In this document: in pieces, positions 40,521-48,392 of the stretch
Numbering within the stretch: position 1 is the first letter of the stretch
Layout: each line of letters begins with the position of its first letter
NCBI GenBank assembly: GCA_902621345.1
Contig: CACNLV010000002.1
Location: 32,320 to 96,319, forward strand
From: an uncultured Pelagibacteraceae bacterium
GTDB taxonomy: Bacteria > Pseudomonadota > Alphaproteobacteria > Pelagibacterales > Pelagibacteraceae
Direction of reading: 5' to 3'
DNA: 64,000 nucleotides
Made by a program: the position numbers and the translations under genes
Notes under the pieces: model-generated
Told to the model about the DNA's origin: nothing
The model's database searches: none
The model's input: only the letters and a program-made list of their open reading frames with translations

Positions 40521-41895
40521 TAATTAAATTTTCTTTTGGAAACGTTTTTTGGTTATTTTCACCTTTAATACCAAGTAAGTTTTTTAATGTTACTTTATTT
40601 TCCTTAAACTCATTTTCTCCACAAATTACTGCAACTGGGCACCCTCTTTTATTTGCATAAGTCAGTTGCTTGCCAAGATTTTTTTTACTATCTAAAAATA
40701 TTTCTGAATTAATGTTATTTTTTCTCAAATTATCTAAAATCTCATAATAATTTGGTAAATATTTTTCATCCATCACACATACAATTATCGGCTTTTGTTC
40801 ATCGATTTCTATCTGATCTAATTGCGTCATAGCAAATAGCAATCTATCAACACCAATACTTATACCAGTTCCAGGAATGTCTACACCTTTAAATCTAGAA
40901 ATTAATTTATCGTATTGTCCGCCTGAGCAAATGCTTCCAATATCAACTTCTTTACCTTTGTTATTTTTTACTTTAAAATTTAAATTTGTTTCAACACAAA
41001 AACCATCGTAATAATCAAGACCTCTAACAATTGTAAAATTGGTTTTAACTTGATCAAAATAAGATCCGAAAACTAAAATTTCAAAAAATTCCTCTAGTTC
41101 TTTAATTCCCTCTTGTGTAAGAGAGTTTTTAAAATTTTGTTTTAATTCCTTTAAATCCCTAATCTTTAAAAAATCTAAAATTTTTGCAGCTTGATCATTG
41201 CTTAGATCAGCTCCTTTTGTAATAGCTCCACTTTTATCTTTTCTCTCTTTTTTTAATAATTCCTCTACTCCCTTAAATCCAAAGTCAGGTTTATCTAATT
41301 TATCGATCGCTCTCATTACTTTAATCTTTTTATTTTCTGGGATTTTAAGGTCCTCAATTAAACCTTGAACAATTTTTCTATTACTAACATTAATAGTGAA
41401 CTGGTTTTTGTTTAAACCAACTTCAATCAATGTGCTTGCAATAAGATTGCATAATTCAGCATTTGCCTGTGCTGAATTGACGTTACCCACAATATCACAA
41501 TCTGCCTGTGTAAATTCTCTAAAACGAGCATTGCCAGACTTTTCATTTCTAAATACATTTTGAATAGCGTATCTTTTATATATTGAGGGAAGTTCTTGAT
41601 TGTTTTGTGCAACAAATCTTGCTAGTGGACTTGAGAGATCATATCTAAGAGTAATATTTTTTTCACCATCATTAAAAGAGAAAACATCAGACATAGGATT
41701 ACTATCATCCTCTGCAAGAAAGGATCCAATATTTTCTGCAATTTCAAATGACGGGGTCTCTAATGGATCAAATCCATATTTTATAAAATTCTTCTCAATA
41801 ACTTTTAAAAGTTTTTTTTTGAGAAATAATTTTTTATTCCATCTATCTTCAAATCCTGAGGGTAAACCAGGAATTAATTTATTATCTTTATTCAT
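40498..41895 (-). CDS. hisS: Histidine--tRNA ligase
   Basis: Class II motifs (LRYDLSSPLARF, FRNEKSGNARFREFTQ, GGQYD, GISIGVDR) plus an anticodon-binding domain. The start is set at the Met at 41895, because the longer ORF (to 41943) runs into the tRNA-His gene. Confidence 0.93.
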   Translation of the reverse strand: MNKDNKLIPGLPSGFEDRWNKKLFLKKKLLKVIEKNFIKYGFDPLETPSFEIAENIGSFLAEDDSNPMSDVFSFNDGEKNITLRYDLSSPLARFVAQNNQELPSIYKRYAIQNVFRNEKSGNARFREFTQADCDIVGNVNSAQANAELCNLIASTLIEVGLNKNQFTINVSNRKIVQGLIEDLKIPENKKIKVMRAIDKLDKPDFGFKGVEELLKKERKDKSGAITKGADLSNDQAAKILDFLKIRDLKELKQNFKNSLTQEGIKELEEFFEILVFGSYFDQVKTNFTIVRGLDYYDGFCVETNLNFKVKNNKGKEVDIGSICSGGQYDKLISRFKGVDIPGTGISIGVDRLLFAMTQLDQIEIDEQKPIIVCVMDEKYLPNYYEILDNLRKNNINSEIFLDSKKNLGKQLTYANKRGCPVAVICGENEFKENKVTLKNLLGIKGENNQKTFPKENLINEIKKFI

Positions 41896-41899
41896 TTTT

Positions 41900-41974
41900 T
41901 GGTACCCGGGCTGAGAGTCGAACTCAAACTTAAAGTTCCACAAACTTCCGTGCTAACCATTACACCACCCGGGC
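41900..41974 (-). tRNA. tRNA-His (anticodon GUG), CCA encoded, no encoded G-1
   Basis: The minus-strand cloverleaf is GCCCGGG TG GTGT AATGGTTA GCAC G GAAGT TTGTGGA ACTTT AAGT TTGAG TTCGACT CTCAG CCCGGGT A CCA. The anticodon loop is TT-GTG-GA. Confidence 0.93.
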
Positions 41975-42029
41975 TTATTCTCTTTATTTTTATCTTATTT
42001 TATGTGGATTTAAAATTATAATTAAATGT

Positions 42030-42053
42030 TAAAATGCTAGCTTTAGCCAGCAT
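42030..42053 (-). terminator. Candidate attenuator/terminator hairpin
   Basis: Minus strand ATGCTGGC-TAAA-GCTAGCAT: an 8-bp stem with one G-U pair and a 4-nt loop, followed by TTT. It overlaps the last His codon and the stop codon of the 33-codon ORF. Confidence 0.35.
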
Positions 42054-42144
42054 GGATATGAGTATGCACAACTATCTCGTTTACTTTAAGATCTTTTCTT
42101 AAAGTACTGGTGTTGATCGATTTTATTAGCTCATATTTTTTCAT
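42043..42144 (-). CDS. Candidate 33-aa leader peptide with an H-T-H-I-H cluster (below the ORF-track cutoff)
   Basis: The hand translation of the minus strand is MKKYELIKSINTSTLRKDLKVNEIVVHTHIHAG-stop. It lies between the csp terminator and tRNA-His-hisS-hisZ-hisG. There is no clear SD. Confidence 0.3.
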   Translation of the reverse strand: MKKYELIKSINTSTLRKDLKVNEIVVHTHIHAG

Positions 42145-42192
42145 AAGGTGTCTTTTAGACAAAAAATTTTATTATGCAACCTTTAAAAGAAA

Positions 42193-42230
42193 AAAGACGT
42201 AAATTTCTCATTTAGAGAAAAAACGTCCTT
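42193..42230 (-). terminator. Intrinsic terminator of the cold-shock gene
   Basis: Minus strand AAGGACGT-TT-TTTCTC-TAAAT-GAGAAA-TTT-ACGTCTTT, followed by TTTCTTTT. It starts about 20 nt after the csp stop. Confidence 0.65.
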
Positions 42231-42252
42231 TATCAAAATCTTAATTTTAGGA

Positions 42253-42465
42253 TTAATCTAATTTCTTAAGATTTACTGCTGAAGGGCCTTTTGGTCCATC
42301 CTCTAGTGTAAATTCTATTTTATCACCTTCATTCAAAAATCGCATTCCAGCTGCTTTTACTGCGGATGCATGAACGAAAGCATCTTTTTCTTTGTCATCT
42401 CTTTCGATAAAACCATAACCTTTTTTACCGTTAAACCACTTTACTTTACCTTGTATTGTACTCAT
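42253..42465 (-). CDS. cspA: Cold-shock protein (CspA family)
   Basis: [15 protein letters not shown] (RNP1) and AFVHAS (RNP2). Length is 70 aa. Confidence 0.93.
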   Translation of the reverse strand: MSTIQGKVKWFNGKKGYGFIERDDKEKDAFVHASAVKAAGMRFLNEGDKIEFTLEDGPKGPSAVNLKKLD

Positions 42466-42545
42466 CTTATTTCTTAGTCCTTTTGTTAATTATTATAGAT
42501 AGAAGTTAATTTGTTTTTGGGTAATTTCAAGATGAAATCTTATGG

Positions 42546-42620
42546 TGGTGGCTGAGGAAGGATTCGCACCTCCGACACAAGCCTTTTCAGGGCTCTGCTC
42601 TACTCCTGAGCTACTCAGCC
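42546..42620 (-). tRNA. tRNA-Phe (anticodon GAA), CCA encoded
   Basis: The minus-strand cloverleaf is GGCTGAG TA GCTC AGGAGTA GAGC A GAGCC CTGAAAA GGCTT GTGTC GGAGG TGCGAAT CCTTC CTCAGCC A CCA. Confidence 0.93.
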
Positions 42621-42626
42621 TTAAAA

Positions 42627-42842
42627 TTATCCTCTAAAGATTATTCTACCTTTAGTGAGATCATAAGGAGTCATTTCAACTGTTACATTATCACCTTGCA
42701 AGACTCTAATTCTATTTTTCCTTAATTTTCCAGCAGTATGAGCTGTAACAGTATGACCATTTTCTAATTGCACTCTAAACATTGCATTAGGTAATAAATC
42801 TGTAACTTTACCTTTAAATTCAAGTAGATCTTGTTTTGACAA
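42627..42842 (-). CDS. infA: Translation initiation factor IF-1
   Basis: 71 aa, S1-like OB fold ([49 protein letters not shown]). TTG start. Confidence 0.95.
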   Translation of the reverse strand: MSKQDLLEFKGKVTDLLPNAMFRVQLENGHTVTAHTAGKLRKNRIRVLQGDNVTVEMTPYDLTKGRIIFRG

Positions 42843-42848
42843 ATTTAT

Positions 42849-44135
42849 TTACTCCTTATTTTTAATTCTTTTTATGATGGATTGAGCATGCCCTTTCAAT
42901 CCCTCATAATTTGCAAGAGTTATAACTGATGGCCCAAGACTTTCAATACCCTTTTTTGATAAGTTTATATAAGAAATTCTTTTGTAAAATTCATTTACAC
43001 TTATTCCACTTGAATATTTTGCTGAACCATTGGTTGGTAGTATATGATTTGAACCAACATTATAATCTGTCATTGCCATAACAGCATATTTTCCTAGACA
43101 TATTGATCCGGAATTTTTTACTCTGGAAACCAATGATTTGTAATTTTTAACATTGAGCTCTAAATGTTCGGGTGCAATTTTGTTTACAATATTAATTATT
43201 TTGTTATCTTCAGATACATACATTAAAATTCCATTATTTTTTAAACTTTTTCTTGCGATTGATTCTCTCGGAATACTTTTTAATTGTTTTGCAATTTCTA
43301 TCTTAACTTTACTTATTAAATTTTTATCTTTTGAAATTAAAATACATTGCGCTAGAGGATCATGTTCTGCTTGACCAATTAGATCACTAGCCACCCATTC
43401 AGGATTGGAATGTTTATCACAAACAATTGTTATTTCTGATGGCCCTGCGGTCATTCCTTCTATTCCAACATCTCCAAAGACCTCTTTCTTTGCAGCTGCA
43501 ACATATGAATTTCCTGGTCCAACAATTTTATCAACCTTTTTGATTTTTTTTGTGCCATAAGAGACTGCTGCTATTGCTGATGGACCCCCAATTGAATAAA
43601 TCTCTTTTATCTTGCATTTTTTTGCTGCATATAACACAGCAGGATTTTGATTACCTTTATAACCAGGGTTAATCATAACAACTCGCTTAACACCCGCAAC
43701 TGTAGCTGGAATCGCGTTCATCAAAACACTTGAGGGATAGGAGGCAGTTGAGCCAGGTACATAGATAGCAACTGATTCTATTGGTAAATACTTATAGTTA
43801 AGTTTGTTTTTAAATCTGTCTGTGTAAGAAATATTTTTGAATTTTTGTAGAGAATGAAATTTATAAATTCGATTATAAGCTATATCTATTGCTTTCCTAA
43901 CTTTAGGATCTAAAGACTTGATTAATTTATTAATTTGTTTTGAACTTGGGATAATTTTATTATTTTTATTAAATTTTTTTTCGTATTTAATTAGAGCCTT
44001 ATCGCCATTACTCTTTACATCTTTAATAATTTTAGTCACAGATACTTTTTCAGATATTATTTTTTTTCTTCTCTTATGAAGTAAGTTATCAAGAACTTTA
44101 TCAAAATTTTTACTTTTATTAATAAGTACTTTCAT
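42849..44135 (-). CDS. hisD: Histidinol dehydrogenase
   Basis: GQAEHDPLAQ, APEHLEL and SNHILPT motifs. Confidence 0.95.
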   Translation of the reverse strand: MKVLINKSKNFDKVLDNLLHKRRKKIISEKVSVTKIIKDVKSNGDKALIKYEKKFNKNNKIIPSSKQINKLIKSLDPKVRKAIDIAYNRIYKFHSLQKFKNISYTDRFKNKLNYKYLPIESVAIYVPGSTASYPSSVLMNAIPATVAGVKRVVMINPGYKGNQNPAVLYAAKKCKIKEIYSIGGPSAIAAVSYGTKKIKKVDKIVGPGNSYVAAAKKEVFGDVGIEGMTAGPSEITIVCDKHSNPEWVASDLIGQAEHDPLAQCILISKDKNLISKVKIEIAKQLKSIPRESIARKSLKNNGILMYVSEDNKIINIVNKIAPEHLELNVKNYKSLVSRVKNSGSICLGKYAVMAMTDYNVGSNHILPTNGSAKYSSGISVNEFYKRISYINLSKKGIESLGPSVITLANYEGLKGHAQSIIKRIKNKE

Positions 44136-44137
44136 AA

Positions 44138-44530
44138 TTATTTAATTTCATTTTGATCCTCTAATCTTGCTTCAATTGTTTCAGTAGTCAAAACAATGTG
44201 AGAATTATTATTAAAAATAAGATTTATTTCATAATCATCCTTATTTTTCAAATAATCAATTCCAATCAATTCTAAAACTAAATCTTTCTTTGATTGATTG
44301 ATATTTTTTGATTTCACTTTATCAACAAAATCAAACCTACAAATGCTGTTGATTTTCCTTTGATCTTGTCCTGTTTCAATAAGACTTCTCTCTATTGACA
44401 GTAAAAAAACCTTATTAGATGAAAGGTACTTTATATCGGCTATTTTTACTTTTGCCCCAGAGCTACAAGCAGAAATCATTTGTAGACCTTCCTGATCATT
44501 TGCAATTATTTTTGCTAAAAATTTATTCAC
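44138..44530 (-). CDS. DUF2948 family protein
   Basis: 130 aa. N-terminal ...NDQEGLQMISACSSGAKVKIADIKYL...FLLSIER resembles DUF2948. It occupies the conserved alphaproteobacterial slot between murA and hisD. Confidence 0.65.
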   Translation of the reverse strand: MNKFLAKIIANDQEGLQMISACSSGAKVKIADIKYLSSNKVFLLSIERSLIETGQDQRKINSICRFDFVDKVKSKNINQSKKDLVLELIGIDYLKNKDDYEINLIFNNNSHIVLTTETIEARLEDQNEIK

Positions 44531-45789
44531 TTTCTAAGTCTTCTTATTTTAACGCCAATTTTTTTTAATTTTCTCTCTAAATTTTCATATCCTCTATCTA
44601 GATGATAAATTCTATTAATAGAGGATTTACCATTTGAGATCATTGCTGCTAAAACAAGTGCAACAGACGCTCTTAAATCACTAGACATTAATTCAGCGCC
44701 AATAAATGTTGTATTTCCTTTAATTAACGCTTTATTCTTTTTAATTTGGATATTTGCGCCAAGTCTTTGAAGCTCTCCAACGTGAAGAAATCTGTTTTCA
44801 AAAATATTTTCAGTAATTGTACTTGTACCATCTGCTATACACATTAAGACCATTAATTGAGATTGCATGTCAGTTGCTACACCTGGCCATTCTCTTGTTT
44901 TAATATTTTTTATAGGTTTTATCTTTTTAGGTCCAATTATCTTAATCTTATTGTTATCAATTTTAATTTTTGCCCCAACTTTTTTTAATAGCTCAAGCTC
45001 TGCTCTAATTATACTAAAGTTAAAATCTTTAATTTCTAGACTCCCTTTGGTGAGGGTGGCGGCTACACAAAAAGTACCTGCTTCTATTCTATCAGCCATA
45101 ACTGTATACTCAGTCTGGTTTAAAGAATTAGTTCCAAGAATCTTACATGTTCTTCCAAACCATTGGATTTTTGCACCTGCTGAGTTTAGAAAATTTGTAA
45201 GATCTTTTATCTCGGGCTCTATAGCGCAATTCTTCAAAACTGTTTTACCTTTTGCTAAGCATGCTGCAATAATTGAATTTTCTGTGGCACCAACGCTTAT
45301 TTTAGGAAACTTTATGATACTACCTTTAAGTCTTCCCTTGGTCTTGGCGAAAATGTATCCATCTTTAATTTTATAATTCATGCCAAGTTTTTTTAATGCT
45401 GAAAGATGATAATTCACAGGTCTAGCACCTATTAAACATCCTCCAGGCAAAGAAGTTTTAGATTTATGAAATTTTGAAATCAATGGACCTAAGACTAAAA
45501 TTGATCCTCTCATCGTTTTCACAAGTGAATAACTTGCAAAAGTTTTCATCTTTTTTTTGTTAATAATTTTTACAGTTTTTTTGTCTTTAGATAAAATTAT
45601 TCGCGATCCAAGAGATTTTAATAAATTAAGCATAGTCTTTATATCTCTTACTCGCGGTAAATTTTTAATAATTACCGGCTTATCAAATAGTAGAGTAGCT
45701 GCAAGAATTGGTAAAGATGCATTTTTTGATCCTGAAATTGAGACTTTACCCTTAACTCTACAAGGACCACTTATCAGAAATTTATCCAT
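44527..45789 (-). CDS. murA: UDP-N-acetylglucosamine 1-carboxyvinyltransferase
   Basis: GSKNASLPILAA, the catalytic-Cys loop LPGGCLIGARPVN, and 420 aa. Confidence 0.95.
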   Translation of the reverse strand: MDKFLISGPCRVKGKVSISGSKNASLPILAATLLFDKPVIIKNLPRVRDIKTMLNLLKSLGSRIILSKDKKTVKIINKKKMKTFASYSLVKTMRGSILVLGPLISKFHKSKTSLPGGCLIGARPVNYHLSALKKLGMNYKIKDGYIFAKTKGRLKGSIIKFPKISVGATENSIIAACLAKGKTVLKNCAIEPEIKDLTNFLNSAGAKIQWFGRTCKILGTNSLNQTEYTVMADRIEAGTFCVAATLTKGSLEIKDFNFSIIRAELELLKKVGAKIKIDNNKIKIIGPKKIKPIKNIKTREWPGVATDMQSQLMVLMCIADGTSTITENIFENRFLHVGELQRLGANIQIKKNKALIKGNTTFIGAELMSSDLRASVALVLAAMISNGKSSINRIYHLDRGYENLERKLKKIGVKIRRLRK

Positions 45790-45792
45790 AAA

Positions 45793-46353
45793 TCACTTTT
45801 TTATTTTGGCAACCTGTATAGTAGTTTGTCCCTGATATTTACCATTTTTTGATTTATAAGTTGTTTCTGGTTGTGTATCAGATTTAAAAAATAAAAATTG
45901 AGCTATTCCTTCATTTGAATAAATTTTTGCAGGGTTAGGGGTTGTATTGCTTAATTCAATAACGATATTACCCTCAAACTCATTTTCAATTGGTGTAACA
46001 TTACATATAATCCCGGTACGGGCGTATGTGCTTTTACCAACACAAATACAAAGCACATCTTTTGGTATTCTGAAATACTCAACAGTTTTCGCCAAAACAA
46101 ATGAATTTGGCGGAATAATACAATAAGGTCCCTTTCTCTCTATAAAGTTTTCATCAGAAAAGTTTTTTGGATCAACTAAAGAGCTATTTACATTAGTGAA
46201 TATCCTATATTCATCAGATATTCTTACGTCATACCCCATGCTACTTAATCCATAAGATATTTTTCCTTCAGATACTTGATGATCTAAAAATGGCTCGATC
46301 ATATTATGTTCTTCACACATTCTTTTAATCCAAGTATCTGGCTGTATCGACAT
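45793..46353 (-). CDS. dcd: dCTP deaminase
   Basis: 186 aa. [14 protein letters not shown] and IELSNTT motifs of the Dcd/dUTPase fold. Confidence 0.9.
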   Translation of the reverse strand: MSIQPDTWIKRMCEEHNMIEPFLDHQVSEGKISYGLSSMGYDVRISDEYRIFTNVNSSLVDPKNFSDENFIERKGPYCIIPPNSFVLAKTVEYFRIPKDVLCICVGKSTYARTGIICNVTPIENEFEGNIVIELSNTTPNPAKIYSNEGIAQFLFFKSDTQPETTYKSKNGKYQGQTTIQVAKIKK

Positions 46354-46450
46354 TACTTTCTTTTCTTTTTATTTTTTTTTTGAAAAATTTTTCTTTTTTT
46401 CAAATTTTTTCTAAGCGCCAGACTTAAGCGCTCATCTTTATTTTTTACGA

Positions 46451-46651
46451 TCATTCTTTATTTGGATTTGTGAGAAAATCTAAAGTTATTGGTTTTGATG
46501 TATCTAAAACTTTATCTTTATCAACGCTTTTTTTAGAACCTTCCTTCGCTAATCTTTTGGCCTTTTTTTCAGCAAGCTTTTTTTCTCTTTTAGCTTGCTT
46601 TTCCATAAGCTTAGCGCTTTTTGTTGATTTGTAATCGTAATGAATTCCCAT
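46451..46651 (-). CDS. Hypothetical small Lys-rich protein (66 aa)
   Basis: An ORF with a coherent charged helical segment (KQAKREKKLAEKKAKRLAKE). No family recognised. Confidence 0.35.
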   Translation of the reverse strand: MGIHYDYKSTKSAKLMEKQAKREKKLAEKKAKRLAKEGSKKSVDKDKVLDTSKPITLDFLTNPNKE

Positions 46652-46751
46652 AAAATATCCTAGGTAAGATATAAATCAAATTAATCAAAAAATTAAGGCA
46701 ATAATTTGAAAAAAATGCTTTATTATCAATATAATTAGATTTGATTTAGCT

Positions 46752-46825
46752 GCTCCTATAGTTAAATGGTATAACGTGTCCATGGTAAGGATAAATTTCA
46801 AGTTCGATTCTTGGTGGGAGCACCA
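46752..46825 (+). tRNA. tRNA-Thr (anticodon GGU), CCA encoded
   Basis: The cloverleaf is GCTCCTA TA GTTA AATGGTA TAAC G TGTCC ATGGTAA GGATA AATT TCAAG TTCGATT CTTGG TGGGAGC A CCA. Confidence 0.9.
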
Positions 46826-47551
46826 CTAATTTTTATAAAAAGATTTTCTTAAAAAAATTGTAAATAAAACTAATGTGAAGAAAGCTAAAATTGGAATATA
46901 TATTTCTGGTGTAAAAATTATTTCTGTAATTTTAGGTAATTCTGAATTTTGATCTATTATTTTCTCTAATCCACTACCTATAGAAACCGCCAAAAAAATT
47001 TGAGGTACAATACCAATAAGAGACGCAAGGAAAAAATTTATTATTTTTACATTAAAGATTGTGGGTAAAATACAACTAAGCTGCCAAGGTATACCTCCAA
47101 TAAATCTATAAATTAACAAATAATAAAATTCTGAAACTTTAAACTTTCTTTCGAGGTTTTCATATTTATTTAAAAATTTTTCCCTGACTAAATCTTTAAG
47201 GAAATAATTACCGAAGATATAAAGAAATGTAGCACCCACACTTAAACCTATTACAACAATAATAGTTCCTAACCACTTCCCAAACAAAAATCCTCCAAGT
47301 AAAGCAATAGGTGAACCAAATCCTAAAAATGGAAATACCCATAATATTGTAAAAATTAAAAAAGTTATTGATAATAAAAATAAATTAGAATTTTTAAGTT
47401 TTTGAAAATACATTTTATTCTCTTTGATAAAATCATAAGAAGTTAATTCTTGAAAACTAAATTTTGAAAAAAATATTAACAAAAAAAGAGTTAATAAAAT
47501 TAAGTAACATAATCCTATAATTATTTTAGTTTTCTTGGTTTTTTCCATCAT
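46826..47551 (-). CDS. TVP38/TMEM64 (DedA/SNARE-associated) family membrane protein
   Basis: About five TM helices, with the typical PFLGFGSPIALLGGFLFG and RFIGGIPW motifs. Confidence 0.8.
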   Translation of the reverse strand: MMEKTKKTKIIIGLCYLILLTLFLLIFFSKFSFQELTSYDFIKENKMYFQKLKNSNLFLLSITFLIFTILWVFPFLGFGSPIALLGGFLFGKWLGTIIVVIGLSVGATFLYIFGNYFLKDLVREKFLNKYENLERKFKVSEFYYLLIYRFIGGIPWQLSCILPTIFNVKIINFFLASLIGIVPQIFLAVSIGSGLEKIIDQNSELPKITEIIFTPEIYIPILAFFTLVLFTIFLRKSFYKN

Positions 47552-47639
47552 GGTTCATGGTATTTATAAATCTTCTATTTGCTATTTATATATTTAATTA
47601 TTATAAAGGGCGAAATTTTATATAAATTTAACCGCTTTT

Positions 47640-47801
47640 ATGAAAAGAACATATCAACCATCTAGGAGAAAAAGAAGCCGAACCCATGGTTTTAGATCAA
47701 AAATGAAAACCAAGGGAGGCAGAAAACTTTTAAAAAGAAGAAGAGCTAGAGGAAGAAAAAATTTAACAGTATCCTCCACTGTTAGAAGAAGAAGAAAATA
47801 A
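47640..47801 (+). CDS. rpmH: 50S ribosomal protein L34 (below the ORF-track cutoff)
   Basis: The hand translation is [53 protein letters not shown]. It is immediately upstream of rnpA-yidD-yidC. Confidence 0.92.
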   Translation: MKRTYQPSRRKRSRTHGFRSKMKTKGGRKLLKRRRARGRKNLTVSSTVRRRRK

Positions 47802-47811
47802 AGCCAATTCA

Positions 47812-48153
47812 ATGAAAAGCAAAATTGTTGCTCTTTCAAAGAATGAAGACTTTAAAACTTTGCTCAAAAAGAAAAAAGTATCAAACAAATATGTAACAAT
47901 TTTTTTTGGTAATATTAATAAAAAAAATAATCAGAAACTTAATATTTCTTTTGTAACTAAGAAGAAGATAGGAAATGCTGTAAAGAGAAACAAGATAAAG
48001 AGGAGACTAAGGAATATTATGAATGATGCTGTTAAAGAAATATCTCTAAAATATCACTATTCATATCTTGTTATTGCTAAGTCAACTATGCTAAATAATG
48101 AATTTAAAATTATAAAAGAAACCTTATTTCAGGATTTTAAAAAAATTAAATAA
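47812..48153 (+). CDS. rnpA: Ribonuclease P protein component
   Basis: 113 aa, basic, with the RNR-like motif KIGNAVKRNKIKRRLR. rpmH-rnpA synteny. Confidence 0.87.
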   Translation: MKSKIVALSKNEDFKTLLKKKKVSNKYVTIFFGNINKKNNQKLNISFVTKKKIGNAVKRNKIKRRLRNIMNDAVKEISLKYHYSYLVIAKSTMLNNEFKIIKETLFQDFKKIK

Positions 48154-48392
48154 TGAACATTTTTACAATTATATTTATAAAATTAATTCAGGGTTACAAA
48201 TACCTAATAAGTCCATTACTTCGTAACTCTTGTAGATACTTTCCATCTTGTTCCGATTATAGCGTTGAAGCATTAAAAACTTACGGTTTTTTTAAGGGTG
48301 GATATTTAAGTTTAAAAAGAATTCTTTCATGCCACCCTTTTAAAGAAGGTGGAATCGATCCTGTAAAAAAAGAAATGAAAATTAAAAAATAA
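48153..48392 (+). CDS. yidD: Membrane protein insertion efficiency factor YidD
   Basis: YKYLISPLL...CRYFPSCSDY...A....G...G..L...RILSCHPF motif. Confidence 0.92.
   Translation: MNIFTIIFIKLIQGYKYLISPLLRNSCRYFPSCSDYSVEALKTYGFFKGGYLSLKRILSCHPFKEGGIDPVKKEMKIKK

Noticed and set aside
41896-41943. Upstream extension of the hisS ORF (start at 41943)
   Set aside because: The extension (MWNFKFEFDSQPGYQK) is the reverse-strand reading of the tRNA-His gene. The Met at 41895 aligns with the normal HisRS N-terminus.
42011-42020. Perfect TATAAT (minus strand) as a confident tRNA-His promoter call
   Set aside because: TATAAT-like hexamers occur frequently by chance at this AT content and no good -35 is present. 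It is kept only as an alternative explanation in the leader-peptide finding, not as a feature.
46354-46450. Spacer upstream of dcd containing a long T run, an AT palindrome (TTTGAAAAA...TTTTTCAAA) and a small GC hairpin (AGCGC-N9-GCGCT)
   Set aside because: It could be a terminator for the 66-aa ORF or a dcd promoter element. However, the hairpin has only 5 bp, the U tract is on the wrong side for the minus strand, and the AT palindrome is unremarkable at this composition.
47654-47839. 61-aa minus-strand ORF
   Set aside because: It is antisense to the clearly recognisable rpmH (L34) gene, and its Leu/Phe-rich sequence mirrors the Arg/Lys codons of L34.
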